Counted from the first letter of the stretch, positions 9,837 through 19,881 are shown. The stretch: DNA of 53,905 nt from a virus (IMGVR_UViG_3300048836_001050:1-53905); one strand, 5' to 3'. The notes: generated from the letters alone by a model not told the origin. Program-made: numbers and translations.

Positions 9837-10970
9837 TTACTCGCCGGCCGGCAGCGAAATCCACAGCAGCCCGGCATCGTCGCTTTGCCAGCGCGGCAAG
9901 CCGGTTTCGTCGCAAATATAAACCGTTCCGTCTTCGGCGACGCTGAGGGAGTAATAGCCCTCACCGGCGTTGGCCGCGACGCGTTTGAGATCTCCGACAC
10001 CTTCATCGCTGAGTCGCCGTGTCACCAGCGCGCTGCCCCGTCGCGCCAGCGCCAGACGGATATTTTCGATTCTCACCAGTTGCGGCATTTGCACGCTCGC
10101 TTCAAAGATCGGCGCAGGCACGGTTTGTCTGACTTCGTCCGGCACCGGATAACCGACTTTGCGCCATGTTCGCTGGGTGTCGAAACTTTCATATTCAAAA
10201 TATCCATCGTCTTGAAGTACTCCCAAAATTTCGCGTCCGTCCGGCATTAAAACCAGGCTCGGCTCGCTCGCGCCGCGAACAAAGCCGTGCTCGTTCAACG
10301 TGCGATGAAACGGCCAGCTATGGCCTCCCTGTATGGCCGTCCGGCTCGGCTGGCCGCCCAATGGCCGCGCCGCGACAATCTCGCCAAAAAAGCCCGCTGC
10401 CGTATCCAGCATCCGGCGCACGCCTTCGCGGAAACGGAATTGCCACTCCGGGCGCGTGCTCGCGCCCATGCCCCAGTGATCCTGAATTACCTTGAGCTTT
10501 GCGCCCACGGGCACGTTCATTCGATAAACCGGCGACTGCCACTCCTCGATGATGGTCGCCACAATGTCGGTGTAAGAACTGCCGCCGCCCGGAATCAGAA
10601 TGCCGAACTCGCTGAACTCGGTTCCGCCCAATGTGTAGCTCCACGAAGGATTTTCCGCCGACGTTTCCGCGCCGCCGATAATGGGCGTGGTTATGACTTC
10701 TTTTTGAAACGCCCAGGTGAACAATTGCAATCCGCCGGGAAAGCCGATTGACACCATCCCGATGGTGAGTGAAACGGTTTGCTCGAAGAGCACTCTTTCG
10801 CCATCCACGATTTGAATGATCCACGTGCCGGTGGCGGAGCGGTTGCCGAAACCGAAAGAAAATAACGGCACCGCCCAGACGAGGGCGCGCTTGTATTGAA
10901 ACTGCCCCGCCAGTGCGGTGTTGGGCAGCGTGCCGTCGGACTTGGTTGATTTCCATTCGGTAAATGCCAT
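9837..10970 (-). CDS. putative distal/minor tail protein
   Basis: 377 aa ORF, first minus-strand gene after the tape measure. Confidence 0.55.
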   Translation of the reverse strand: MAFTEWKSTKSDGTLPNTALAGQFQYKRALVWAVPLFSFGFGNRSATGTWIIQIVDGERVLFEQTVSLTIGMVSIGFPGGLQLFTWAFQKEVITTPIIGGAETSAENPSWSYTLGGTEFSEFGILIPGGGSSYTDIVATIIEEWQSPVYRMNVPVGAKLKVIQDHWGMGASTRPEWQFRFREGVRRMLDTAAGFFGEIVAARPLGGQPSRTAIQGGHSWPFHRTLNEHGFVRGASEPSLVLMPDGREILGVLQDDGYFEYESFDTQRTWRKVGYPVPDEVRQTVPAPIFEASVQMPQLVRIENIRLALARRGSALVTRRLSDEGVGDLKRVAANAGEGYYSLSVAEDGTVYICDETGLPRWQSDDAGLLWISLPAGE

Positions 10971-11022
10971 CGCTTTGGTTGAGATTTTGTCGGATGCTGC
11001 CGGTAAGATAAAATTTCAGATT

Positions 11023-11190
11023 ATGGAAAACAAGAATAACGGTGCGCTGCTAATGACTGCATTGAGCCTGCTGTTTTTCGCTGCGATTGCTTTTATCATC
11101 ATTCAATTCATGTACAACGGGCCAGCAGAAAACGAGGCCACCAATAGTCTCGGCACTCAGCTTTCTGAAAAACGCGCGCGGGGTGAATAG
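11023..11190 (+). CDS. small single-TM moron protein 1 resembling a tape measure segment
   Basis: MENKNNGALLMTALSLLFFAAIAFIIIQFMYNGPAENEATNSLGTQLSEKRARGE; AT-rich, antisense to the late operon; TAAAAT at 11009-11014. Confidence 0.75.
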   Translation: MENKNNGALLMTALSLLFFAAIAFIIIQFMYNGPAENEATNSLGTQLSEKRARGE

Positions 11191-11192
11191 TC

Positions 11193-11354
11193 ATGAAAAA
11201 TAATAAAAGTAACTATTTGCTGGTTATCGGACTGAGCCTGCTCTTTTTGGCTGCGGCTGCTTTTGTTACTGTGCAGTTCGGTTTTAATAGACACGCGGAA
11301 AATGAAGCGACTAATAGCCTTTCGATTCAGCTTGCGGAAAATAGAGCGCGTTAA
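11193..11354 (+). CDS. small single-TM moron protein 2, paralogue of the preceding gene
   Basis: Not in the ORF track. MKNNKSNYLLVIGLSLLFLAAAAFVTVQFGFNRHAENEATNSLSIQLAENRAR (53 aa); shares LSLLF.AA.AF, AENEATNSL, QL.E.RAR. Confidence 0.75.
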   Translation: MKNNKSNYLLVIGLSLLFLAAAAFVTVQFGFNRHAENEATNSLSIQLAENRAR

Positions 11355-11372
11355 GTAATCATTTTTCCCATT

Positions 11373-13904
11373 TCAATAGGTAGGCATCGGCGTCATGGCC
11401 GCGTGATGCCGGTTGCGGTGTGCAATGTCAGCCGGACGGTTCGGGATTTTTACGTTCACAATGGTTTCTCCATTCCTTTGATGGGTGTACTGTGGCTGTT
11501 CCTTAGCTCTGACCTCTCTTAGCCACTGCTCATCTTTCCGGCGCTGTTCGCGCTGCCATCTGGGATCGAGGCCGCGATTATACAGCCCTTTCGCTTTTAA
11601 CTCCTCGTCACGCGCGCGCATCCCTTCCGCCGAATGCGGATCGGGCAGTTGTCTTCGCTGCTCTTCGCGTGCGGCTATCGCTTCAGCCGAATTCGGGTTG
11701 TAAATCTGCACATCGCGTTTGCGGGCAAGGTTGCGATAATTTTCAGCAGCGATGCGCTTTGATTCAGCTTCGGTTTCCAAATCGATGATGTCCTGATCGT
11801 CCCACGTCCAGGCGTTTTCTCGATTCAATTTGTCGGCCTGAGCCTGTAATTTGTTTGCGTCCTCTTCGGCCTGTTGCGCCCGTTCTTCCAGCGTCAGTTT
11901 CCGTCCGACATTTTCCTTCGCACGCTTTTCGGATAGCTTGCTACCAAAATCTCCTTCCTCTGCAATTTTTTCAGCCGGACGGTTGTACAGCATATTTGCG
12001 CCCTCACGCAGCGTCACAGCGGCTCCGATCAAAAGCGCTGCCGGTGGGTTAAACGCGGCCAGTGCCGCCGCGCCCAGCCCGACGCCCAACCCCGCCGCCA
12101 TGCTCTCGCCCTGCGATTTTCCCAGCACTTTCAGGTCTTCGTACACACCGACACCGGCGAAAGCACCGGTCAAAGCGCCACCGGCGGCCGCGCCAACCGA
12201 AGTGCGGCCCAGCAGCCCTTTGAGTCCTTTTGAGTTTTTCGCGGCAGTGGCGATCTGACTTTCCCACGCCTTGACCACGTCGCGCGCAGCGAAGCGACCC
12301 GTTAGAGTGTCACGGTAGCGACCGTATCCCAAAAACTGATATCGGCTGGCGGCGCCCGGCAGATTCGTGGCGGAGGTTCCGCCCGTTATCAGCGGGCGCC
12401 CCAGAAAGTCGCGTGCCCTGCCCAATGCTCCCGCAAAACGTCCACCGCGCGCGGTGGCGGCTGCATCCGCCGTTTTCGCCGCTGCCGCCGAAGCATCGCG
12501 CGCCGCGTTCAAAGCCGTCTGCGCGTTGGCCTGCGCCGCGTTCAGCCCGGTGCGCGCGTTGCGAAGCGTCGCAATTCTCTTTTCCGCTTCGAGAACCTTT
12601 TGCGCCGCATCCGCTGCTTTAGCCGCCGCCGCCGCCTCGCCTTTGGTACCGACGGCGGCTTGCGCCGCCTTGGACGCAACAGAGGCTTTGCCGCGTGCCG
12701 TGTCCAGCGCCACCATCGCGCGCGAAAGACTTTTGCTGGTGACGATGCGTGCTTTTTCGATCTGGGTGATTTTTGCCGCTGCCTGAAGTTCTGCCGCCGA
12801 CGCAGCAGCGGCTTTTCCGGTTTGGGTTGCCAATGTGCCTTTGGCCGCTGCCGCCGCGGTCGCCGCGTCACCAGCAGCGCCGATGGCAGCGCCTTCTTTT
12901 CCTGCGACAACCGTTTTTGCGGCTTCGGCGGCGGCGTCGGATTTGGTGGCAAGTTCCAAAGTTTTTTTCGCCGCCGCCGTGGTTTTTAGGATGTGGTTCA
13001 GTTTGATATACGCGCCGGCGATAATCGCGGCCCCGCTTCCAATCCCGGCGAGAATTAACCCGGTTTTGACCAGTTCGGGATTGTTCCTGACAAACTTCGT
13101 CGTCGCGTCCGTTATTCCCGTCAAATCGCTGATCAGGCCGGTGCCGTCGGCAGAAAGGATTTCGCCGAGGGCGTCGCCCAACTGAAAAACCGCGCTTGAA
13201 AGGTTGGAAACCTGTCCGGGAAAGGTCTTGGACGCTTCCATCATCGCGCCGCCGTACAATTCCCGGAAACCTTTCAAAAGCGCATCCACGCCGACATCAC
13301 TCTTGATGGTGTAGGTGCCTTCCATCAACTTTTGTTTTTGTTCGTCGGTCAGGCGCAGTTGCTTTTGGAGAATAGCCAGAGCATTGATGCCGCGATCGCC
13401 CAGCTGATTGATTTCCTCCATCGAAATCCGGCCTTTGCTTTTCATCTGGCCGATGGCACGAGAAATCCCCATGAAATCTTCGGTGCCGCCGCCGCTGCCC
13501 GAAGTCGCATCACCGATATCCCGCAGCGTTCCCATCAACTCTTCGGCCTTGAATCCGACGGCCGAAAGCCGTTGTGCGCCTTTGACGGATTCTTTGAACG
13601 AAAACGGCGAAGTGCGGTCAAACTGGCGCAGTTCCTCGATTTTGGCTTTGGCGGCATTCATGCTGCCGAGGGTTTTTGAGAACCCGATTTCGGCCATCTG
13701 AATTTCGCCGTGCGCTTTCAGCGAGGCAAGGCCCAGCGCGCCCAGCCCGGCAGCACCGGCAGTCCCTAACGCCAAAAGGCGGTCGCTGAGCCGGTCGGCG
13801 CGGCCTTCTGCAGTCGCCATGTCGCCGCCGATGGCGCGCAAGTCGCCGCGCAAGCCGGAAACGCCTTCCTGTATAAATCGGGTGACGACGGTATCGATGG
13901 CCAT
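11373..13904 (-). CDS. tail tape measure protein
   Basis: 843 aa, Ala-rich; tape-measure N-domain signature (LRDIGDATSG...AIGQMKSKGRISMEEINQLGDRGI); hydrophobic segments near the C-terminus. Confidence 0.9.
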   Translation of the reverse strand: MAIDTVVTRFIQEGVSGLRGDLRAIGGDMATAEGRADRLSDRLLALGTAGAAGLGALGLASLKAHGEIQMAEIGFSKTLGSMNAAKAKIEELRQFDRTSPFSFKESVKGAQRLSAVGFKAEELMGTLRDIGDATSGSGGGTEDFMGISRAIGQMKSKGRISMEEINQLGDRGINALAILQKQLRLTDEQKQKLMEGTYTIKSDVGVDALLKGFRELYGGAMMEASKTFPGQVSNLSSAVFQLGDALGEILSADGTGLISDLTGITDATTKFVRNNPELVKTGLILAGIGSGAAIIAGAYIKLNHILKTTAAAKKTLELATKSDAAAEAAKTVVAGKEGAAIGAAGDAATAAAAAKGTLATQTGKAAAASAAELQAAAKITQIEKARIVTSKSLSRAMVALDTARGKASVASKAAQAAVGTKGEAAAAAKAADAAQKVLEAEKRIATLRNARTGLNAAQANAQTALNAARDASAAAAKTADAAATARGGRFAGALGRARDFLGRPLITGGTSATNLPGAASRYQFLGYGRYRDTLTGRFAARDVVKAWESQIATAAKNSKGLKGLLGRTSVGAAAGGALTGAFAGVGVYEDLKVLGKSQGESMAAGLGVGLGAAALAAFNPPAALLIGAAVTLREGANMLYNRPAEKIAEEGDFGSKLSEKRAKENVGRKLTLEERAQQAEEDANKLQAQADKLNRENAWTWDDQDIIDLETEAESKRIAAENYRNLARKRDVQIYNPNSAEAIAAREEQRRQLPDPHSAEGMRARDEELKAKGLYNRGLDPRWQREQRRKDEQWLREVRAKEQPQYTHQRNGETIVNVKIPNRPADIAHRNRHHAAMTPMPTY

Positions 13905-13936
13905 GGATTAGGAAAAAGTGAGTGCGGCGAGTAGCG

Positions 13937-14605
13937 TTATCCGTCTTCTTTCATCAGTGCTTGGGTGATTTTCTCGGCTTGAAGTTGCCTCGCCCATTCC
14001 GGTGCCGCAGCTTCAAGTTTGGCGAGTTTGTGAACGGCTTCGCGGGCTTCGGGAGTACTCAGGTCGTTGCTGGTGACATACTCCACCCAATAAGCGACAA
14101 AGCCGCTTTTAACAAGCAGATCATGAAAGGCGGCTTCCCAGCGCGAATGCGCCGTGACGAGGTTAAGTTCCCTTGATTCCGGCGTCGCACTCTCGTCTTT
14201 TGTGCCCCACGTCGCGGTAAGAATCGCTAGTGTCAAGCGGCGATTGTCCGGTCCGCTCACTTCGTCTTTCAGCAGCCATTCTACAGTCGCGTCATCCAAC
14301 ATCTTGCCGTCGCCAGCGCGCACGCCGTAGCGCAAAAGCAATCGCTCGCGGTTGAGTTCATCGAGTTCCGAAGTCGAGGACTTCATACCGCGCAACTTCG
14401 GATCGGGGTGATCGAGCGGATAATACTGCTCGATGTTTTCATAGCGGTGCATGGCAAAGCTGGGAATCGTTCCGTAGTAAACGGTGCCGCCCAAACCCTC
14501 ATGCTCGAATGTTTTTAGTGTCGACAAGTCCGGCTGTCGTCCCTGTCTTTCCTGCACGCGCTCGCGGATTTCTTCCAGCGAAAGGACTTTTTTTTCTTCG
14601 TTCAT
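13937..14605 (-). CDS. putative tail assembly chaperone
   Basis: Position between tail tube and tape measure. Confidence 0.5.
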   Translation of the reverse strand: MNEEKKVLSLEEIRERVQERQGRQPDLSTLKTFEHEGLGGTVYYGTIPSFAMHRYENIEQYYPLDHPDPKLRGMKSSTSELDELNRERLLLRYGVRAGDGKMLDDATVEWLLKDEVSGPDNRRLTLAILTATWGTKDESATPESRELNLVTAHSRWEAAFHDLLVKSGFVAYWVEYVTSNDLSTPEAREAVHKLAKLEAAAPEWARQLQAEKITQALMKEDG

Positions 14606-14612
14606 GGCAATG

Positions 14613-15029
14613 TTAGGTGGGCGTCGGGCCTTGCTCGCTCAAAGTAAAGGAAAGTTCACTGTTTTGTTGGAACTGGTGATTGATGTTGCGTGAGGTCACC
14701 ACAAAGCGCTTGCCGATGGCGTCCGGCTCACCGCTGACAGCCATTTCGCCGCTGAGCGCCGCTGTCGCTTTGCAATCGAAAACTTCGCCGCGATTGAAGC
14801 GCGCCACGAACGCTGCACGCGCGGCGTCATCGTCGCCGACAACGCGCGTTGTCACATTCCACGTCAGGCGCGAGCGGACATCGACATCAACGTCCATCGC
14901 AGGCGGGCCGCCAATCGGAGTCGAATCGTATTCAACTAATTCGCCCCCACCGCCCTGTACGCCGTTGGCGTGCGTCAACACGCCGCCGACGTTGAGAATA
15001 ATGTTTGTGTCCTTCATGGTTTCAGACAT
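14613..15029 (-). CDS. putative tail tube protein
   Basis: 138 aa, beta-rich, ends ELSFTLSEQGPTPT; synteny. Confidence 0.55.
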   Translation of the reverse strand: MSETMKDTNIILNVGGVLTHANGVQGGGGELVEYDSTPIGGPPAMDVDVDVRSRLTWNVTTRVVGDDDAARAAFVARFNRGEVFDCKATAALSGEMAVSGEPDAIGKRFVVTSRNINHQFQQNSELSFTLSEQGPTPT

Positions 15030-15244
15030 TATTTACCACCATCCTTTTTCACGATTGTTGCCGCTGAATCGGGTGCCTGGTGAAACTCTTCAATCGGCGT
15101 GATTTTGAATCGGCGCCGGGCAGCGGCTTCTGCAACTTTCGGCATGAGTTCGTCCGGCACATCGGCCAGCCCCGCGCCAAAACCGCGCGGGTTGCCGTCC
15201 TTGTCGTAAACCGTCACGACTTTTTCCAAAATGACTTTGGGCAT
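15029..15244 (-). CDS. small hypothetical virion-region protein
   Basis: 71 aa; strong SD AAGGAG that overlaps a GAGTACTC palindrome. Confidence 0.65.
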   Translation of the reverse strand: MPKVILEKVVTVYDKDGNPRGFGAGLADVPDELMPKVAEAAARRRFKITPIEEFHQAPDSAATIVKKDGGK

Positions 15245-15253
15245 GAGTACTCC

Positions 15254-15730
15254 TTAATCAAGTAAAGTGTCGGTCGTGCAGGTCAAATTGATTGGCCTGT
15301 TGAATTCAACGCCGTCCAACTCCAGCGCGTCGGCACTTTCTCTGATATTAAAAACGCCCAACCCGATGAGGGTTTGCCGCTCGGTTGGGCTGGATAAAAT
15401 CTGGCGGATGATGCTCGCCACTTTCGCGGTTTCATCGGCCTTAGCGCCTTTTTCATCGCTTTTTACATCGATGGTCACACGGTGGTATTCCTCCATCACG
15501 CGACCATCGTCGGAATCGAATTCATGCGGCGGGTTTTCATCGGCCCCGGTGTAAAGCAAAACTTTGATGCTGCCCGCTATTTTCTCGGTGCCTTTGGGCG
15601 CGGCAAACTTGAGACTGCGCCGCGGCAAGCGCGCTTTAAACGGCGCGGCGGCCAGGCGTCCTTCCAGCCAGGCCAACAGCACGGTTTTCAAATTGTTGGT
15701 TGCGTCCGTCCCCGCTGCCCAAGCCATCAA
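15254..15730 (-). CDS. putative tail terminator protein
   Basis: Size and synteny only. Confidence 0.5.
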   Translation of the reverse strand: MMAWAAGTDATNNLKTVLLAWLEGRLAAAPFKARLPRRSLKFAAPKGTEKIAGSIKVLLYTGADENPPHEFDSDDGRVMEEYHRVTIDVKSDEKGAKADETAKVASIIRQILSSPTERQTLIGLGVFNIRESADALELDGVEFNRPINLTCTTDTLLD

Positions 15731-16116
15731 TCTCCAATGATTCCACGCTGCGCATCGCGGCTCAATCTTTTCAGCTGTCCGCGCGTCTTTTTTTCCAGTG
15801 CCGGCGCCGGATGCATTTCCAGATTGTGTCCGCCCTTTTTCGAGCGTCCTTTCATGTTCAGGCGCGGCCCGGCGTACAGTGCTTTCGGGCCGTTACCGAT
15901 GTTGTAGCCGACTTCCACGCTCTGCCCTTTGATGCGTCCACCAATCGAACGGCGCATCCGTCCGGTGATCGGTAAATTCGTCACGTTGGTGAGCTGGTCG
16001 TCGTGAACTTCACGCAAGCCTTCGACGAGGACGGCTTTGCTTTCACGACGCAACTTTTGAGTTTGCCCGCGCACCGCGCGAATACGGCGGCGATATTTTT
16101 CCGAAACTTTGGCCAT
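15727..16116 (-). CDS. HK97 gp10-like neck/tail completion protein
   Basis: Basic protein with PITGRMRRSI and YA motifs. Confidence 0.6.
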   Translation of the reverse strand: MAKVSEKYRRRIRAVRGQTQKLRRESKAVLVEGLREVHDDQLTNVTNLPITGRMRRSIGGRIKGQSVEVGYNIGNGPKALYAGPRLNMKGRSKKGGHNLEMHPAPALEKKTRGQLKRLSRDAQRGIIGD

Positions 16117-16119
16117 ATC

Positions 16120-16635
16120 TCACCACTTCTTCGTCACCCTGACGCTCTGCGAATACAGTTCACCGAGGCTCGGCGCGCCATCGGCGCCCGATCCCGCGCC
16201 TTCAGATTTGATCAGCGCACTCGCCCAGTCCAGCAGCTTTTCCAATCGCTGATTGCCCTGAATTCTGTCCTGATCGCTATCGCGGTCGTAGCTCTGGTCG
16301 TTGGAATCAATGCTCTTATTGATTTCCGAGCGCCCGTAGCTCAAAACTGCGCCGTCATACAGCGCGTTGCCTTTGGCGATCCATCCATCGCGCGTGGCTT
16401 GCAGCACAGATGCAAAACGCTCGTTGATGAAGCCGGCGACGGTGTCATAGCCGCAAACCTTCAAAAGCGGCACTGACACCTCGGCGTCGGCGATCGGCAA
16501 CACATTTTCCGTCAGCCAATCGAGCGTCGCCTGCTTTTGCGCCTCATCGCCCAGCTCGGGGCTGACGACATCCTCGCCCAGATCGCCGGGTTCGAGTTGT
16601 GCCGCCTGATAGAGCCGCTCTGCCGTGATCGCCAT
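16120..16635 (-). CDS. putative head-tail adaptor
   Basis: Helical 171 aa protein after the capsid genes; synteny. Confidence 0.5.
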   Translation of the reverse strand: MAITAERLYQAAQLEPGDLGEDVVSPELGDEAQKQATLDWLTENVLPIADAEVSVPLLKVCGYDTVAGFINERFASVLQATRDGWIAKGNALYDGAVLSYGRSEINKSIDSNDQSYDRDSDQDRIQGNQRLEKLLDWASALIKSEGAGSGADGAPSLGELYSQSVRVTKKW

Positions 16636-16641
16636 GATTGA

Positions 16642-17166
16642 TTATTTCAACAGCTCGCGGATTTTCTTGACGGTTGCCGGGCCGATACTGGGCAACGCTT
16701 CCAAATCCTTGTCGCTCGCCGCCGCCACCGCATCGAGCGTGTCGTAACCGGCGGCGGTCAGGCTTTCGAGCACGTCACCGCCCAGCGATTCCAATGCGAC
16801 CAGAGGCGGCGTGTGCGTGTCCGGCTGCAACACTGGCGCGCTTTTGAGAACGTCCAGTTCGGCGCGGGCTTGGTCGCGCTCCTGAATCAGACGCACGATG
16901 AACTGCTGGCCGTCTTCTTCGCTGTGGCGCTCAATGCCCAACTGCCCGGAAACAATGGCGGCGACGGCTTCAAAAGCATCCGGATACGGTGCGCCGGGAG
17001 TACTCCCACCTTCGCCGCTCACATCCCACTCGCCTTCGATGAGGCCGCGCGCTTGCAGGCTGTCATGAAGCGCGGGCGTCAGCACGGCGGCAAACGCAGC
17101 CTCGTCGCCTGGCTTATAAGTTTCGGTGCCATGCCGCAGGCCGGTTAAAATTTTCGGTTCGTTCAT
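16642..17166 (-). CDS. helix-hairpin-helix domain protein
   Basis: C-terminal LTAAGYDTLDAVAAASDKDLEALPSIGPATVKKI. Confidence 0.75.
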   Translation of the reverse strand: MNEPKILTGLRHGTETYKPGDEAAFAAVLTPALHDSLQARGLIEGEWDVSGEGGSTPGAPYPDAFEAVAAIVSGQLGIERHSEEDGQQFIVRLIQERDQARAELDVLKSAPVLQPDTHTPPLVALESLGGDVLESLTAAGYDTLDAVAAASDKDLEALPSIGPATVKKIRELLK

Positions 17167-17209
17167 GATGTCCTTTTAGTAAAGTTTCAGGAAAACGACC
17201 GGCGTAACT

Positions 17210-18268
17210 TTAGGAAGTCACGCCGGTGTCGATCACGTCCACTCTGCTCTCGTCGGGAACCGGCAAAACATTGCTTTGCGCTTCCACGACCAGCGAGCGC
17301 CCGCCGTTGTCGGCTTCGGGGAAAACGGCCACGCCGTTCACATCAATCTGTGCTTCGGGCACCTGGCGCGAAAGCGAAACGGCGCGCGCCACGGGGGCGA
17401 ATGCCGCGTTGCCGATGCGACGATCCGAGGGGATGGCCGCGATCTTGGAAACCGGCCACTTCTTGGTGCGCGTGGTGGCGATACCGCCATCGGAGAACAC
17501 ATCCACCGTGTCTTCCACCAGAAAAAACTGGAACGGCGAAGCCGTGTCCTGCGATACGCGATCCGAAAGGTTCGCCAGGCTCATCGCCGCGCCGCCGGCC
17601 AAAGTCGGCGCATCGGCGAGAATCGCCAGCAAAGGCGGGTAGCGCAGCGCCACGCCTGCCAGCGGCCCGACTTTATCCACCGCGTCGCGCAGCCAGGCGA
17701 TGAACAGATTGTAAGCGTTCACGCCCGCGTCGTTCCAGGCGGTCGTGGCGGTCTGCATTCGCGCGGTGTCCAGTTGAAAGTCGGCGTCGTAGGTCTCGCC
17801 GGTTTCCGGGTCGCGCACGGTGATCTTGCCGGAAGTCCACGCCTGGAACGCATCGAGTTCGAGGCGGCGATAATTGGCCGCCGCCAAGCCTTCGGTGCGC
17901 GCCGGGACATCCGCCTTGATCTGGTCGCGGATGAGCGTTTCGGTTCCGGCAAAGCGCTCGACCAAACGCTGCATTTCGCGTTCGTCAATGCGGAAGTTCG
18001 ACTCGATCGGCACCATCTCCAGATTGCGAGAGTCGGGCGTTTTGAGCGGAATGCGGCGACCGCGCTGATCCCACTCGCGCCGGTCGGCGGCGGGGCGGTA
18101 ATCGAGCGAAACCAGATTGCGCAAATCCACGCTCGGCACGTCCTTGCGCGGGAAAAACTGATCCCACAGCAAGCGCCCGTTGTCGTTGGGCGAAACGGTT
18201 TGCGCCAGAACGGTCAGCGCGGCAGGCGAGAGCTCCTCGGCCTGATCAATCCACGAAAAAGTAGACAT
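17210..18268 (-). CDS. major capsid protein (lambda gpE-like)
   Basis: ~352 aa, LWDQFFPRKDV..., RRLELDAFQAWTSGKI; follows scaffold and decoration genes; AAGGAG SD. Confidence 0.8.
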   Translation of the reverse strand: MSTFSWIDQAEELSPAALTVLAQTVSPNDNGRLLWDQFFPRKDVPSVDLRNLVSLDYRPAADRREWDQRGRRIPLKTPDSRNLEMVPIESNFRIDEREMQRLVERFAGTETLIRDQIKADVPARTEGLAAANYRRLELDAFQAWTSGKITVRDPETGETYDADFQLDTARMQTATTAWNDAGVNAYNLFIAWLRDAVDKVGPLAGVALRYPPLLAILADAPTLAGGAAMSLANLSDRVSQDTASPFQFFLVEDTVDVFSDGGIATTRTKKWPVSKIAAIPSDRRIGNAAFAPVARAVSLSRQVPEAQIDVNGVAVFPEADNGGRSLVVEAQSNVLPVPDESRVDVIDTGVTS

Positions 18269-18306
18269 TTTCAATACTCCTTAAAATTTTCCGGGTTGTG
18301 CCGCGC

Positions 18307-18714
18307 TTAAGTGCGGGTCAAAACCAGCTTCGATCCGGCAGCATCGAAAGCCGCGATTTCATTGGCGCTGTAAGCGCGACCCAGCACGTCTTCGGCGATG
18401 TCGCGGTTCACCTGCGCGATGGTCGCCACCGCCACCGGCGCCACGCCGGTATTGGCGCCGAGCGTGGTATTGGTCGGGCCTTTGTCCACGATCTGGTTGC
18501 CGCCCACGCTCACGCCGAAAATGAATTCGCCCGAGGTGCCGTCCGCGAGGGTGCCGTCTTTCTTGAACGGGACGCCGGGCTTGAGGCGCCCGAATGCGTC
18601 CACTTCAGCGGTCGTGAGTTCGCTGATATCAGCTCGCACCGACGCAGTTTGAATGTCCCCGATAAAGGGAGACGCGTGGCTCAGGCCGCCACTGGTTTTC
18701 TTTACGTTAATCAT
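18307..18714 (-). CDS. head decoration protein
   Basis: ~135 aa between scaffold and capsid, GRLKPGVP motif; GGAGG SD. Confidence 0.65.
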   Translation of the reverse strand: MINVKKTSGGLSHASPFIGDIQTASVRADISELTTAEVDAFGRLKPGVPFKKDGTLADGTSGEFIFGVSVGGNQIVDKGPTNTTLGANTGVAPVAVATIAQVNRDIAEDVLGRAYSANEIAAFDAAGSKLVLTRT

Positions 18715-18761
18715 CACTGCCTCCAAAAAGCTGCGCTCCAAAAGCGTCAGCCGGTTTTCCG

Positions 18762-19691
18762 CTATCCGGTTTTCATGTTCAATCGTTCTTCGAGCGACGG
18801 GCCGGACGGTTCCTGCGCTTTGTGACGTTCTTCGGCGGTCTTGCGAATCTTGTCGAACACGTTGCCCGCGCCACTGGTTCCGCCGCTGCCCTGCTGCACG
18901 TGCCGCGCGCCGGGAGTACTCTCGCTCGCGCCGCCGGACTTAATCGAATCGGCCAGCGCCGGAAAAACTTCGCTCACGACTTCTTTCAGCGCCTTGCGCG
19001 TTTCGACGCCTTTTTCATCCTTGCTCACGACGTAGGCGACCGGCACGTCCTTGCCGTCCTGCTTTTCGGTCTTGACTTCGTATTGCCAATCGTCCACGCC
19101 TTTCAAAGCCGAAAACTTGGCCGGATCGTATCCGGCGGCGGCGGCGGCCTTGTCACGCAGTTCGGTCTTGGTGCGCTGCTCTTCGCGGCCTTTGAACTCA
19201 TCGCGCTCGGCTACCAAGGCGCTCACATCCTCCGGCTTTTTGATTCCCGATTCATCGAGCTTGCGCCACGCCGCCAGTTCCGCAGCATCGGCCTGGGCTT
19301 GCTTGCTGTCGGGCAACTGCGCTTTGAGGCGTCCGATTTCCTGCACTTTGGCATCGCGGTCGGCTTCCAGACGGGCGTTGCGACCGGCGAGTACTTCCAG
19401 GGCTTTGGCCTGATCGCCGTTGACGGAATTCGCCGCTAAAACTTCGGCGACAACCGCCTGGGCAATGGCCTTGAAATCGGGTTGATGGACAGACTGCGGG
19501 TTTTGGGACTGGGAGGAGTTTTGGGACTGGTTGCCGTTATCGGCGTTGCCGCCTTGGGCGTTGTCGGACTGATCGCCGTTTTGATTGTTTTCGCCACCGG
19601 CAGAACTTCCACCGCCAGCGGCGGCTCCATCGGGGCTAAAGAAAACGGTCGGGGAATGACTGAGGAAACGACTGAGGGAATGACGGTTCAT
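18762..19691 (-). CDS. capsid scaffolding protein
   Basis: FFSPDG followed by Gly/Asn/Gln low-complexity stretch, coiled coil and C-terminal G-rich tail. Confidence 0.75.
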   Translation of the reverse strand: MNRHSLSRFLSHSPTVFFSPDGAAAGGGSSAGGENNQNGDQSDNAQGGNADNGNQSQNSSQSQNPQSVHQPDFKAIAQAVVAEVLAANSVNGDQAKALEVLAGRNARLEADRDAKVQEIGRLKAQLPDSKQAQADAAELAAWRKLDESGIKKPEDVSALVAERDEFKGREEQRTKTELRDKAAAAAGYDPAKFSALKGVDDWQYEVKTEKQDGKDVPVAYVVSKDEKGVETRKALKEVVSEVFPALADSIKSGGASESTPGARHVQQGSGGTSGAGNVFDKIRKTAEERHKAQEPSGPSLEERLNMKTG

Positions 19692-19772
19692 ATTCTACTC
19701 CTGTGGAAATTGGTTTGTCAAGAGCTACTAATTAAACTCGCGATTATCGTGTTGCAAAATTAACTACAAAAA

Positions 19773-19832
19773 CAAAAACGCCCGCATCCAAAGCACGCGG
19801 GCCACTTGGCCGGAGTACTCTTGATGCGGGCG
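19773..19832 (-). terminator. long imperfect hairpin with U-tract (terminator/attenuator upstream of the scaffold gene)
   Basis: On minus: CGCCCGCATC...GATGCGGGCG then TTTTTG; inner GGCC-AAGT-GGCC stem; contains a GAGTACTC. Confidence 0.6.
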
Positions 19833-19881
19833 GCGGGTAACTTTGCGATCCGTTAAACGAGGCCCTTTATGTAGTTGTGAT

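Noticed and set aside
1-11000. Diversity-generating retroelement acting on tail genes
   Set aside because: No reverse transcriptase in the window, and I noticed no template/variable repeat pair.
13905-14605. Programmed frameshift in the tail chaperone
   Set aside because: No second overlapping ORF or clear slippery site before the tape measure gene.
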